A stretch of DNA of 64,000 nucleotides. It comes from an uncultured Candidatus Rokubacteria bacterium (lineage in GTDB: Bacteria > Methylomirabilota > Methylomirabilia > Rokubacteriales > CSP1-6). Of this stretch, positions 28,801 through 39,820 are shown one piece after another; within the stretch, counting starts at the first letter, position 1; every line of letters starts with the position of its first letter. Where the stretch lies: assembly GCA_963754315.1 (NCBI GenBank), contig CAVWFS010000014.1:192001-256000 (forward strand), read 5' to 3'. A program made the translations under genes and the position numbers. Below the pieces are notes generated by a model that saw nothing but the letters and a program-made list of their open reading frames with translations, did not search any database and was not told the origin of the DNA.

Positions 28801-29730
28801 CTACATCAGCTCCTTGACGAGGGCGCGCGCTAGCTCGGGAGCCACACCGAGCGGACGGTGCGCCAGGGGGCCGGCGCTCAGCACCGGTTCCAGCTGATCG
28901 AGCGACGGCAGGTCCTCGCGCTTCCAGAAGAGACCGATGGGGATGACATCACCCCACAGGAAGCCTTTCTCCATCGCGGCGTGAAAGTCCTTGGGGTCGT
29001 GGCCCATCTCGTCAAGCTTGCGGGTCCGCTGCTTGAAGAACTCGTAATTGTTGTCGTGGTTGTATGTCACGCAGGGGCTGAAGGTGTCGATCAGTGCGAA
29101 GCCCTTGTGCTCGATGCCACCCTTGATCAGTTCGACCAGGTGCTTCTGCTGACCGGTGAATCCCCGGGCGACATACGTCGCCCCCGCCGCGAGTGCGAGC
29201 GGGATGGGGTTGATGGGGTTCTCCACGCTGCCGAAGGGGGTGCTCTTGGTGGTCATGCCCTTGACGCTGGTCGGGGACAGCTGACCGGTGGTGAGCCCGT
29301 AGACCTGGTTGTTCATGACGACGTACGTCAGATCGACGTTGCGGCGCATGGAATGCACGAAGTGGTTACCGCCGATGCCGTAGCCGTCGCCGTCGCCCCC
29401 CGTGACCACCACCTTCAGCTCGTGATTGGCCAGCTGGGCACCCGTGGCCACGGCCAGTGAGCGGCCGTGCAGGGTGTGCATGCCATACGTGCTGAGATAG
29501 CCGGGAAGGTTCGACGAGCAGCCGATACCGCTGACGGTCAGGACCTCGTGCGGCTGTAGGCCCAATTCCCCGAGCGCTTGCTTGAGGGCGGCCAGCACCC
29601 CGAAGTCTCCGCACCCGGGACACCAGTCGGGATCGACCTTGCCCTTGTATTCCTTGATGGTGAGCTTCGGGCGCTCGCGCTTGAGCGTCGACTGTCGCGC
29701 GGCGGCGGTGCTCTCAACGATGGTGTCCAT
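28801..29730 (-). CDS. korB: 2-oxoacid:ferredoxin oxidoreductase beta subunit
   Basis: WCPGCGDFG, SGIGCSS, HGRSL, GGDGDGYGIGGNHF, NNQVYGLTTGQ.SPT, SPCVTYN. Confidence 0.93.
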   Translation of the reverse strand: MDTIVESTAAARQSTLKRERPKLTIKEYKGKVDPDWCPGCGDFGVLAALKQALGELGLQPHEVLTVSGIGCSSNLPGYLSTYGMHTLHGRSLAVATGAQLANHELKVVVTGGDGDGYGIGGNHFVHSMRRNVDLTYVVMNNQVYGLTTGQLSPTSVKGMTTKSTPFGSVENPINPIPLALAAGATYVARGFTGQQKHLVELIKGGIEHKGFALIDTFSPCVTYNHDNNYEFFKQRTRKLDEMGHDPKDFHAAMEKGFLWGDVIPIGLFWKREDLPSLDQLEPVLSAGPLAHRPLGVAPELARALVKELM

Positions 29731-29741
29731 GGCGGTCTCCC

Positions 29742-31529
29742 TCAAACCCGAATCTCGTGCACGGGCACATACTGTCGAGTAGTTCCGGCCAGGATGGCGG
29801 TGACCCCTTCCACGATGTGGTGGGGCATGAACGGCTCGCCGTCATACTTCCTAATGTGGCCGTCGGCGGTCACACCCGTCTCCGCGCGCAGATAGCGAGC
29901 GAACTGGCCGCTATAGTTGTTCTCGACGATGACGACTTTCCGGCTGGTGGCGAGCAGGCTCGTGATCGCCTCCACGTGCAGCGGGACCAGCCACCGGATC
30001 TGGAGGTTGTTGGCCACGATGCCGGCCTCCGTCAGCTGCTGCATGGCCTCGCGAATAACGCCTTCTGTCGATCCCCACCCCACCAGGGTGACGGCGGCAT
30101 CGGCTTTCCCGAAGAGCCGGGGCGGATCCAGGAGAGGCAGGACCCCGTCCATCTTCCGCATCCGCTTCTCGTGGATGGCTTGCCGTTTGATGGGGTCCGT
30201 GAACTCGTCGCTGATCAGCACGCCGTCCTCGTCGTGCTCGTCGGTAGCCACCACATGCGCGTAACCTGGCGTGCCAGGCAGCGCCCGGGGCGAGACGCCA
30301 CTCTGGGTGATGAGGTAGCGCTGGAAGCCGCCGTTCGCCGGCGGACCGTCCCCATTGAGGCCGATGAGTTCGCCGCGCTCGATGGGCACATTGAAGTCGA
30401 GCTCAGCAGGATCGATGCTGGAGCGGCCCTCGGACAGCAACAGATCGGAGAGGATGATCCCCGGACACTGGAAACGGTCGACCAGGTTGAAGAGCTGCGG
30501 CACGATCTTGAAGCAGTCGGCGATGGTGGTGGGGGCCACGATGATCCGTGGGTAGTCTCCCTGGCCGGCGCCCAGCACCTGCCAGAGGTCCCCCTGCTCG
30601 GTCTTGGTGGGCACGCCGGTGGCGGGTCCCGCACGCTGCACGTTGATACAGACGACCGGGATTTCCATCATGGACGCCGAGCCGAGGGCTTCGCTCATCA
30701 GGGCGAAGCCTCCCCCGGAGGTCGCGCACATGGCCCGGCATCCGGCGTGGGCTGCTCCGATGGCCATGTTGATCACGCCGATCTCGTCCTCGACCTGGCG
30801 CACCATGATGCCGAGCTGGCGCCCGTGCCGCGCCATCCAGTGCAGTACACCGGACGACGGGCTCATGGGATACGCGCAGTAGAAGCGCACGCCAGCGGCG
30901 GCGCCGCCCATGGCCAGCGCCTGGTTGCCCTCGAAGAAGGCCAAGGGCTTGCCCGTGTCAGGCAGGGAGAACGGCAGCGCCCGGAACTGGGCGGCCGCGT
31001 AGTCATACCCCGCCCGGGCCACTCCTACGTTCTCGGCCACGGACGCCGGGCCCTTGCGCTTGAACTGCAAGGTCAAGATCTCTTCGAGAATCCCGAACTC
31101 CACCCCGATCAGGCGCAGGACTGCGGCCAGGGCGATGGTGTTCTGCACGAGATCGCCCCGGACGCTGGGAGCCAGAGCTTTGACGGAGAACGGACAGAGC
31201 TGCGTCCCCTCGGGAACGACACCCGGCTTGATCGTGTCGCTGTTGAACAGCACGAGCGAGCCGGATGTCATCAGGCGTAGATGCCGGTCCATCGTGTCCT
31301 GGTTGAGGGGCATGAGCACGTTAATCCGGTCGCCGTGACTCAGCACCGGCTGGTCGCTCGTGCGCAGGGTCAGGAAGATGTGACCGCCGCGGATGATGGA
31401 CTGGTAGGCGTTGTAGGCGCTCACGTGGAGGCCACGGCGAACAAAGATCCGCGCCAGGATATCCCCAGGCGTGGCGATGCCCTGGCCCGCCGCGCCGCCG
31501 ATGCCAATGGCAAGGTCGACTTTGCTCAA
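29742..31529 (-). CDS. korA: 2-oxoacid:ferredoxin oxidoreductase alpha subunit (gamma-alpha fusion)
   Basis: GGAAGQG, IRGGH, YPMSPSS, QVEDEIG, ATSGGGFALM, QRAGPATGVPTKTEQGD; TTG start. Confidence 0.93.
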   Translation of the reverse strand: MSKVDLAIGIGGAAGQGIATPGDILARIFVRRGLHVSAYNAYQSIIRGGHIFLTLRTSDQPVLSHGDRINVLMPLNQDTMDRHLRLMTSGSLVLFNSDTIKPGVVPEGTQLCPFSVKALAPSVRGDLVQNTIALAAVLRLIGVEFGILEEILTLQFKRKGPASVAENVGVARAGYDYAAAQFRALPFSLPDTGKPLAFFEGNQALAMGGAAAGVRFYCAYPMSPSSGVLHWMARHGRQLGIMVRQVEDEIGVINMAIGAAHAGCRAMCATSGGGFALMSEALGSASMMEIPVVCINVQRAGPATGVPTKTEQGDLWQVLGAGQGDYPRIIVAPTTIADCFKIVPQLFNLVDRFQCPGIILSDLLLSEGRSSIDPAELDFNVPIERGELIGLNGDGPPANGGFQRYLITQSGVSPRALPGTPGYAHVVATDEHDEDGVLISDEFTDPIKRQAIHEKRMRKMDGVLPLLDPPRLFGKADAAVTLVGWGSTEGVIREAMQQLTEAGIVANNLQIRWLVPLHVEAITSLLATSRKVVIVENNYSGQFARYLRAETGVTADGHIRKYDGEPFMPHHIVEGVTAILAGTTRQYVPVHEIRV

Positions 31530-31697
31530 AGCTCTTCTCCCCTCAGAGACGCATGGTGGCTTCTCATGCCGACGCCATCCTGCTCCGCTCGCGCCCCGCG
31601 GTCAAGCGGTCGAGATCGCCGCCCGGATCCGCCTGGGCGGGGCCAGTCTAGCAGCACGCCGAGTTGTTCTGCTATGGTTGCGGCTCGGAGACGTGCC

Positions 31698-32231
31698 TCA
31701 GTACACGAGGCCGAAGAAGCCGAGCAGCCCGGCGCCGGCCATGACGATGAGCGGGTTGATGCGGGTGACCGCCAGCAGCACGGTGGCGATGCCGGTCACG
31801 ATGAACGCCGGCCAGCTGTGGTCGGCCGCCCGCACGATGATGACGGTGGTGGCCAGCAAGAATCCCATGGCGATGGGGGCCAGTCCCTTTTCCACCGCCA
31901 CCCGCCACGGAGCCGCCCGGAAACGCTCCCAGGCGAAGCTGGCGACGCAGGCCAGCGCCGCCGCCGGCAGCAGCATGGCCAGCGCGGCGACCAGTGCGCC
32001 CGGCCACCCGGCCGCCTTCATGCCGATCAGGGCGGCCATGAGAGCTGTGCTGGGTCCTGGCGCCGCCTGCGCGATGGCGAAGATGTCGGCGAATTCGCCG
32101 TCGGTCAGCCACTTGTAGTTCCAGACGCTCTGCACGTGAAGCTCCGGCAACACGGTATTGCCGCCGCCGATGGCCACGAGCGAGAGCGATCCCAGCACCC
32201 AGATCAGCGCGAACAGTGTCAGCAGGTTCAC
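31698..32231 (-). CDS. Short-chain chromate (CHR) transporter subunit
   Basis: LVAIGGGN...W LTDGEF...AIAQAAPGP. Confidence 0.9.
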   Translation of the reverse strand: MNLLTLFALIWVLGSLSLVAIGGGNTVLPELHVQSVWNYKWLTDGEFADIFAIAQAAPGPSTALMAALIGMKAAGWPGALVAALAMLLPAAALACVASFAWERFRAAPWRVAVEKGLAPIAMGFLLATTVIIVRAADHSWPAFIVTGIATVLLAVTRINPLIVMAGAGLLGFFGLVY

Positions 32232-32866
32232 GCGCCGCCGTGCCCCTCCCGCCCCGGCCCACGGCGAGGCCAGTACCAACCGAGCCCAATAGGGGCGAGC
32301 ACACCCAGGATCACCAGGAGCGGCCAGCGCAACACGGCCATGCCGATGAAGGCTGCCACCGCCAGCGCGAGGGCGACCGGATCGCGTCGGTACTGGCCGG
32401 CGAGCTTTACCGCCACCGCGAGGGTCATGCCGGCGGCGGCGGCCACCAGGCCGCTCATCGAGTCCTTGAGGGCGGGAACCTGATGATGCCGGAAGTAAAG
32501 CCCGCCCAGCACCAGCACGATCAGGAGCGGCACCACAGTGAGGCCGGCCAGGGCGGCCGTTGCGCCGGCCACGCCCCGATAGCGAGTACCCACGTGTACG
32601 GCCAGGTTGACCTGGTTGGCGCCGGGTAAGATCCGGCACAAGGTGAGCGCTCCCAGGAACTCCTCTTCCGTGAGCCAGCGGCGTTCCTCGACGAGGACTC
32701 GCAGCGCCCAGGCCGACATGCCGCCCCCCAGGCTGACCATGGCGATCTTGAGGAACGTGAGAGCAAGATCGATCAAGCTCACCGGCGGCCTCATGTCTGC
32801 CGGCGGCGTGCCCTCGCGATTGACGGCCGGCGTGAGGGCGCCGCTCATCTTCTCGGGATCACTCAT
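32228..32866 (-). CDS. Short-chain chromate (CHR) transporter subunit
   Basis: FLKIAMVSLGGG, LVEERRWLTEEEF, ILPGAN. Confidence 0.9.
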   Translation of the reverse strand: MSDPEKMSGALTPAVNREGTPPADMRPPVSLIDLALTFLKIAMVSLGGGMSAWALRVLVEERRWLTEEEFLGALTLCRILPGANQVNLAVHVGTRYRGVAGATAALAGLTVVPLLIVLVLGGLYFRHHQVPALKDSMSGLVAAAAGMTLAVAVKLAGQYRRDPVALALAVAAFIGMAVLRWPLLVILGVLAPIGLGWYWPRRGPGREGHGGA

Positions 32867-33860
32867 GGACAAAGTGGGGGTCGTGCGGCAACTCGTCGTG
32901 ATCGTGCGTCTCGACGGCGAGGGGGTCAGGAGCTTCCCAGCGGTGCGAGTGATCCCAGTCCTGCTCGAACACCTTCGTCAAGCGTTCCACAATGGGTTCG
33001 TCGTCGACAATGATGCCGAGTTCTCGCCGGAGGTCGAAGGCACTCCGGTCAATGTTCATCGAACCGATCAGTGCCCGATCGCCGTCGGCCAGCAGGAGCT
33101 TGGCGTGCAGCTTCAGGTGCTTCTGGCGGTGCACCTTGATGCCGAACCGCTCGAGGATCCTGAGGGACGAGAAGGTATCGTTGATATCCGTATCGCTGAT
33201 GCCATGCTTGCCTCCACAGAGCACCTTGACGTGGGCGCCCCGATCGTGGGCCTCCACCAGCCTAGCCACCACGGTGGCGTCGACGAATTTGGGGTGCTGG
33301 ACCAGGAGCGACTCCCGGGCGCTATCAATGAACTGGGCCATGATCCGCCGCGCGTTGCTGGTACTCCACAAGAGGCCCGCGTGCTCATCGGGGTGGAATG
33401 GCGCGCGGGCCCAGTCGGCCTCGAAGCCGGCCACGATCTGGGCCACCTGGTCCGGGTCCGACGTCACAACCCCGTAGTCGCGCGTCTCCGTGAAGTACTT
33501 CTCCACGAAGTTGAAGGTGGCCACCAGGGCGCGGGCACCGTCGACCACCATCGATTTTTCGTGGGTGACCGCAAAGGCAGGATTGGTCCACTGCACGGCG
33601 ATGCCGGCGTGCGCCAGGGCCTCGAAGGTTTCGTCGTTGGCCCGATCGCCCGAGGAGCGGTGCGGGTTCAGCATGACACGCACCTCGACCCCACGTCGGT
33701 GAGCGTCAAGGACGCCCTCGACGAGCCGCGGCTCGAAGAACGTGAACTGCTTGACGGCCAGCGACTGCGTGGCGGACGTCACGAGCCCGAGGACGGGCCG
33801 CACGGTGTCGTCAGGCTGCACGATCAGCGTGCGCTGGGCAGCGCGTCGCTTCTTGCTCAT
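32859..33860 (-). CDS. Phospholipase D-family protein (two HKD motifs) with His/Asp-rich tail
   Basis: THEKSMVVD and LHAKLLLAD..GSMNI..RRELG; C-terminus ETHDHDELPHDPHFVHE. Confidence 0.9.
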   Translation of the reverse strand: MSKKRRAAQRTLIVQPDDTVRPVLGLVTSATQSLAVKQFTFFEPRLVEGVLDAHRRGVEVRVMLNPHRSSGDRANDETFEALAHAGIAVQWTNPAFAVTHEKSMVVDGARALVATFNFVEKYFTETRDYGVVTSDPDQVAQIVAGFEADWARAPFHPDEHAGLLWSTSNARRIMAQFIDSARESLLVQHPKFVDATVVARLVEAHDRGAHVKVLCGGKHGISDTDINDTFSSLRILERFGIKVHRQKHLKLHAKLLLADGDRALIGSMNIDRSAFDLRRELGIIVDDEPIVERLTKVFEQDWDHSHRWEAPDPLAVETHDHDELPHDPHFVHE

Positions 33861-34107
33861 GGCGTCACTCCTCAGGGTCGGGTATGGCGTACGCTCTTCG
33901 ATCCTACCCGAGCTTATGCTTGTGGCCACGATGATCCGATCGGCCATATGCTAGAGGGACCACGCCCTGAGGGTCAACGCGGACCGGACCGGTGAGCAGC
34001 CACTCGCTCAGACCGTCGACGCGGCTGGCCGAGCCCCTCGCTGGCTCTTGCCGTACAATCGGACATCGCTGAGGACCCCGGTTCGTGACCGTGAGGAGCG
34101 TGAATCG

Positions 34108-35370
34108 GTGCTGAGCGCAGACCAGAACAAGGCGCTGACCCAGGTGGGCGCGGGCACGCTCATGGGCGAGCTGCTTCGTCGCTACTGGATGCCCATCGCT
34201 GCCGTGGCCGAGCTCGAGGAGAGACCGACCAAGCCCGTGCGGCTGCTGGGCGAGGACCTGGTCCTCTACCGCGACAAGGGCGGGAGGTACGGCCTCCTCG
34301 ACCGCCACTGCGCCCACCGTCGCGCCGACCTGTCGTACGGGATCGTGGAGGACTGCGGCCTTCGCTGCAACTATCACGGCTGGCTGTACGACGAGCGCGG
34401 CCAGTGCCTAGCCCAACCCTTCGAAGAGACCGCGCATCCGGCGGCGCGCTACAAGGACCGCATCCGGCTCAAGGCCTACCCCGTCGAGGCCAAGGCGGGC
34501 CTTCTGTGGGCGTATCTCGGGCCGGCGCCGGTCCCGCTGGTACCCACCTGGGAGCCGTTCACCTGGACGAACGGCTTCGTTCAGATCGTCTTCGCCGAGG
34601 TCCCCTGCAACTGGTTCCAGGCCCAGGAGAACTCCATCGACCCTGTGCACTTCGAGTGGCTGCATGGCAACTGGTCACGAGCTCTGCGCGGTGTGGACGG
34701 GGTCCGGCCGCCCGCGCACCTGAAGATCGGCTTCGACGAGTTCGAGTACGGCTTCGTGTACCGACGCGTGCTCGAGGGCCAGGCGGAAAGCGACGAGCTG
34801 TGGACCGTCGGCCGCGTGTGTCTGTGGCCGAACTGTCTGTTCACCGGTGCCCACTTCGAGTGGCGGGTACCCGTCGACGACGGGAACATGCTGAGCGTGG
34901 GCTGGTTCTTCGACCGGGTCCCGAACGAGATGGAGCCCTTCCGGCAGGAGCGTATTCCCTACTGGTACGGGCCCATCAGAGATCCGCAGACGAACCGCTG
35001 GATCACCACTCATGTCATGAACCAGGATTTCGTGGCCTGGGTCGGACAGGGCGCCATCGCCGATCGAACGGGCGAGCATCTGGGCGAGAGTGACCGCGGC
35101 GTCATCATGATGCGCCGGATGCTCCTGGAGCAGGCCGAGGTGGTGGCCGCCGGCGGCGAGCCCAAGGCCGTCGTGCGCGACGCCTGCGCCAACGAGTGCA
35201 TCCGCCTGCCCATCATTGGCCGTGACCGTTACCTCAAAGGCTTTTCAGCAAACACGCCGCACCGGGAAGCCAGTGGCACGCCTGGCCCCATCTTGCCCGA
35301 AGGGTTCGTATTCCAGGCTGGGCAGCCGGAGGTAGTCCGCGCCGACTACCGGCGCGCCATGGGCCTGTAA
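34108..35370 (+). CDS. Rieske non-heme iron oxygenase (phthalate 4,5-dioxygenase / LigXa-like)
   Basis: CAHRRADL...CNYHGW; ENSIDPVHFEWLH; EHLGESDRGV. Confidence 0.9.
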   Translation: MLSADQNKALTQVGAGTLMGELLRRYWMPIAAVAELEERPTKPVRLLGEDLVLYRDKGGRYGLLDRHCAHRRADLSYGIVEDCGLRCNYHGWLYDERGQCLAQPFEETAHPAARYKDRIRLKAYPVEAKAGLLWAYLGPAPVPLVPTWEPFTWTNGFVQIVFAEVPCNWFQAQENSIDPVHFEWLHGNWSRALRGVDGVRPPAHLKIGFDEFEYGFVYRRVLEGQAESDELWTVGRVCLWPNCLFTGAHFEWRVPVDDGNMLSVGWFFDRVPNEMEPFRQERIPYWYGPIRDPQTNRWITTHVMNQDFVAWVGQGAIADRTGEHLGESDRGVIMMRRMLLEQAEVVAAGGEPKAVVRDACANECIRLPIIGRDRYLKGFSANTPHREASGTPGPILPEGFVFQAGQPEVVRADYRRAMGL

Positions 35371-35485
35371 TCTGTTCGGCACGGCTCTCCGATTGACGCA
35401 ATAGGCCGCTACCGCCGATCACTTGTAAAGGTCGTAGACCAGCCCAGCATGTGCTCCGCCCACCCCGTGCTACTGTGACGTCGCC

Positions 35486-37100
35486 GTGATCCCGATCATC
35501 TTGCTGTGGCTGCGCGCGGCTGGGCTTGTGGGCCAGACCGTCGCGCTGGGGAGTTCGGTCTTCGCGCTCGTGGTGCTGCGGCGCGCCGGCGAGCGAGACC
35601 CTCCCCGTGCTTTCGACCGGTCCCTTGCCCTCGCCGGGGCCGCTGCGCTCTTCGCCGCGCTGGCGCAGGCCGGCCTGATTGCCGCACAGGCTGCGGCGCT
35701 AGCAGACGCCGACGGCCGCTGGCCAACTGCTGCCTTGCTCGGCTCGACCGTAGGCATCGGCGGCCTCGTCCGGATCGGCGCGGCGCTCGCCGTCCTGCCC
35801 GCCGCGCTTGCTCTTCGGAGGGAGCCGTCGTCTCGCTTGCGCGGTGCATTCCTCTTGGCCACTGCCGCAGCCCTGTGTATCACCGGAGTGCTGGCCAGTC
35901 ATGCGATGGGGCGCGCGGACAACCGTGCCTGGCTCCTGCTGGTCAGCGCCGTTCATCAGACGGCCGTCGGCATATGGGTGGGCGGGCTCGTGTGCGCGGC
36001 GATGCACGTGATGTGTGCCGATGCCGACGATGACGCCGCCTGGCTGCGCCCATTTTCGGCGGTGGCCGCAGCGGCAGTGGCGGCCGTCGCCGTCACCGGT
36101 CTCGCGCTCTCGCTCGCCTATGTCGCCACGTCCGACGCTGCCATCGGTACATCGTACGGGGCCATGGTCCTCACGAAGGTCGTTCTCTTCGGGGCGCTCG
36201 TCGCCATGGGTATCCTCAATCACCGCGCGCTCCATCGCGGCTTCAGGCTATGGCCTAGAAGTGCGCGGGGGTCCGCCCCAGGTGCCACGGCCGCCGGCTC
36301 GATCCTGGTGCGGCGGCGCGTGGAGGTGGAAGCCGGGCTGGCAATCGTCACCATCCTGGTCGCTGCATCCGTCAGCACGGCTCCGCCGGCGGTCGACGCC
36401 AACGAGCAGCGAGCCACGCTGGACGAGATCCGCAGGGTGTTCACGCCGCGGTGGCCGCGGCTGACGACGCCAACCCTGACCGAGCTCGCATCGGCTTCAG
36501 ATCTCGCCCGTCCCGACTTGCCGCGCACAGCTGAGATGACCGAGTGGTCCGAGTTCGGACACAACGTCGCAGGCATTTTCATTCTCACCATTGGCTTGCT
36601 CGCGACGCTCGAAACGGAACTGGCGCGTGCGATGGGCCCGGCACTGGCCGCTGCTGACCATCGTGTTAGCGGCGTTCGTCGCGTACAGTCTGGATCCGGA
36701 GGGCTGGCAGACCGGGGCGGTCGGATTTTGGGAGCACCTCCGGAGCCCGGAGGTGTTCCAACACCGGATCATGCTCGCGCTCACCGCGCTCTTCGGGTTC
36801 GCCGAGTGGCGGGTACGCAGCGGACGCCATCCAAACTCCCCGTGCCGCTACGTCTTTCCCGTCGCCGCCATCTGGAGCGGAGTGCTACTTCTCGCCCACA
36901 CCCACGAGTTGGGCGACAGCAAGTTAGCGTTCTTCATGGAGATCTCGCACCTGCTGCTCGGCCTCACGGCCCTCGTGGTGGGCTGGGCACGCTGGCTCGA
37001 ACTCCGGCTGCCGGCTGCCGAGAGCGGTGCGCCCGGCCGGATGTGGGGCCCGGCCCTCGCTTTCCTCGGGCTGCTCCTGATCCTGTACCGCGAGGGATGA
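35486..37100 (+). CDS. CopD-family copper-resistance membrane protein, frameshifted near 36612
   Basis: ASHA...HQTAVGIWVGGL, YGAMVLTK, EWSEFGHNVAG; after the shift RWARHWPLL..DPEGW..EVFQHR..LLAHTH..EISHL..LLILYREG. Confidence 0.8.
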
Positions 37101-37114
37101 GGGCGGGCCGTCGG

Positions 37115-39058
37115 TCAGGTTTTCGACAGATTCGCGATCGGCACGGGCTCCACCGGCTCGGCCAGATCGAAGCCGAAGATCTTCGAGTAGAAGTACAGCT
37201 CTCCGTCCAAGGCGCGCTTGATGTTCTCCGCCTTGCGGAACCCATGCTGCTCGCCTTCGAAGGCGACGTAGGCAACCGGCAAGCCCTTTCGCCGCACGGC
37301 CTCGAACATCGCCTCGGCCTGAGCGGGCGGCACCACCTCGTCCTCGAGACCCTGGAACAGGATCAGCGGGCAGGACAGGCGGTCGGTGAAGTGGATCGGT
37401 GAGCGCTCGCGGTACAGGTCCTGGCGCCCCGGATAGGGACCGATCAGACGATCGAGGTAGCGCGACTCGAACTTGTGGGTGTCCTTGGCCAGGGCCTCGA
37501 GGTCACAGATGCCGTAGTGGCTGGCGCCGGCCTTGAAGACGTCGCGGAAGGTCAGGGCAGCCAGGGTCGTGTAGCCGCCAGCGCTGCCGCCGCGGATGGC
37601 GAGGCGTTGGCCGTCGACCAGGCCTCGCTGGACGAGGTGGCGAGCCGCGTTGACGCAATCGTCGACGTCCACGATGCCCCAGCGGCCGTCCAGGCGTTGG
37701 CGGTACGCCCGCCCGTAGCCGGTGCTGCCGCCGTAGTTGACGTCGACGACGGCGAAGCCGCGACTGGTCCAGTACTGGATCCCGAGGCTCAGGGCCGCCG
37801 ACGCCGCGCCGGTCGGGCCACCGTGGCTCAGGACGAGGAGCGGCGGGCGCTCCTCGGCGGGGGCGGCGAAGTCGCGGTTCCGCGGCTGATAGAAAAGCGC
37901 GTGGGCGGTCAGGCCCTGCTCGGTCGGGAACTCGATCGGCTGAGCCGATGAAAGGTACCCTGGATCGATCGTTGCGTTGCTGGACGTTCGGACCACGTCG
38001 ACCTGGTCGCTGGCGAGATCGAGCAAGACCACCGCGGGGCTTTCGGTAGGCGAGCTACCGATGAACACCGCTCGCTCGCGAGTGGCGCGCAATCCGCTGA
38101 TCGAGGTGTACGGTACCCCAACCGGAGTGAGCCGGCGCGTGTTGGTATCCAGGCGCGCCAGCCGCCACGTGCCCGCGGTCCAGGTAGGTGCACAAGAGCT
38201 GCCCGGGCTCGATGAAGGCGTAGGTCGACATCCCGAAGACCCACTGCGGCAGCCCGAATTCGGCCTCGAGCGGACAGAGCGACTCCACCTGCCCGGCGCG
38301 GTAGCGATAGAGATTCCACCAGCCGCTCCGGTCGGAGACGAAGTGCAGCTCACCGTCGGGCGACCATTCGGGTTGGAAAATCGACTCTGCCGGACCACCG
38401 GCCACCAGCTCCAGCCCGGCCAGGGAGCCCGCGCCGTCGAAGTGACCGACCCAGAGCTCGGTCCCGTCCCAGGGCATGCTTGGGTGGTTCCAGGTCAGCC
38501 ACGCCAGACGCTCCGTCCGGGCTCGAGGCGCGGACTGGCGTAGAAATCGTTGCCCGAGACCAGAACCCGGCCGCCCGACGGGTCGCCGTCGAGCGACAGG
38601 CTGATCAGGCTGTTCACCGCCGGCCGGGCCTTGTCGGTATGGTCTTCTCGAACACAGATCAGTTGCCCGCGGGCCCGGTCGATCACTCCGTCGGCGTAGC
38701 GCAACGCCGCAGCCGGGGTCAGTGGACGGGGCTCGGTCCCGGGCTCCTGGCGATAGAGTCGCTGATCCGCGAAGTTCGAGAAGTACACCCTGCCCGCCTC
38801 GACGACGTAGGCCCCGCCGCCATACTCGTGCACGCGCGTGCGGGCGTTGAAGGCACGAGGGGTGAGATCGGTCGTCTCGCCAGCAGCGGCGCGTCGGACG
38901 ACGACGTTGCGGCCGGCCTCCGAGGGCCGCTGCTCGATCCAGTACACATCCTGTCCGTCGAGACTTGGCTGGCTCAGGCCGATTGTCCCCGCCACGATCA
39001 GGTCCGAGGTGATGGGCGAGCGCCAACGTCCGTAGGGTTGAACCTGGGGCTGGCTCAC
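37115..39058 (-). CDS. S9-family (prolyl oligopeptidase-like) peptidase with indels near 38520 and 38173
   Basis: [55 protein letters not shown] spread over three frames. Confidence 0.9.
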
Positions 39059-39180
39059 GGCGCCACCTCCTTCACCGAGATCGTACGGGAAGCTGTTGGT
39101 CGCCGCACGTCTCCACTCCGCACACGACGGGCCGCGGTATCATCCGACCGGAAGTGTTCACTCCCCGGGAGGAGCGCACG

Positions 39181-39807
39181 ATGGACAAGTGGCACGTCGG
39201 CATCCTGATCTTCGACGGCGTCGAGGTCCTCGATTTCGCCGGTCCCTTCGAGGTGTTCTCGCGCACACGGCTCATGCCGGGCCCCGAATCGCGTCGCTCG
39301 GAAGAGACAGCGCCGTTCCACGTGTTCACCGTGGCACGATCACTGTCATCCGTGAACGCCACCGGTGGCCTGAGGGTATTACCCCACCACGACTTCGCGG
39401 GAGCGCCGCGCATCGATCTGCTCCTCATCCCCGGCGGTTTCGGGACCCGCGCCTTGATCGACGATACCGAGACTCTCGACTGGATCCGCAATTCGGCCGG
39501 CCGGGCGCGCAAGGTCACATCGGTGTGCACGGGCTCCTTACTGCTCGCGAAGGCCGGGCTCTTGAAGGGACGCCGCGCCACCACGCACTGGGGCGCGCTC
39601 GACTTGCTGGACTCCATGCAGGCCGGCGTGAGGGTGGAGCGTGAGCCTCGCGTGGTCGACGATGGGATCATCAGCTCCGCGGGCGTGGCGTCCGGTATCG
39701 ACATGGCGTTCTATGTGGTCGAGACGCTGTTCGGCCGCGAGGTGGCGGACGAGACCGCGCACTACATCGAGTATCGAAGGGCCGGCCGCGAGGTCGTCAG
39801 CGCCTAG
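39181..39807 (+). CDS. DJ-1/PfpI family protein (InhA-like)
   Basis: EVLDFAGPFEVF, IPGG.G, SVCTGSLLLA, ATTHW, SSAGVASGID. Confidence 0.92.
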   Translation: MDKWHVGILIFDGVEVLDFAGPFEVFSRTRLMPGPESRRSEETAPFHVFTVARSLSSVNATGGLRVLPHHDFAGAPRIDLLLIPGGFGTRALIDDTETLDWIRNSAGRARKVTSVCTGSLLLAKAGLLKGRRATTHWGALDLLDSMQAGVRVEREPRVVDDGIISSAGVASGIDMAFYVVETLFGREVADETAHYIEYRRAGREVVSA

Positions 39808-39820
39808 GGACATCACCAGT

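Noticed and set aside
35422..35433. cttgtaaaggtc resembling the 22-bp box
   Set aside because: Short gapped match with no -24/-12 motif nearby
35486..37402. 638-aa CopD overlapping the S9 peptidase
   Set aside because: The real C-terminus is in another frame and ends at 37100
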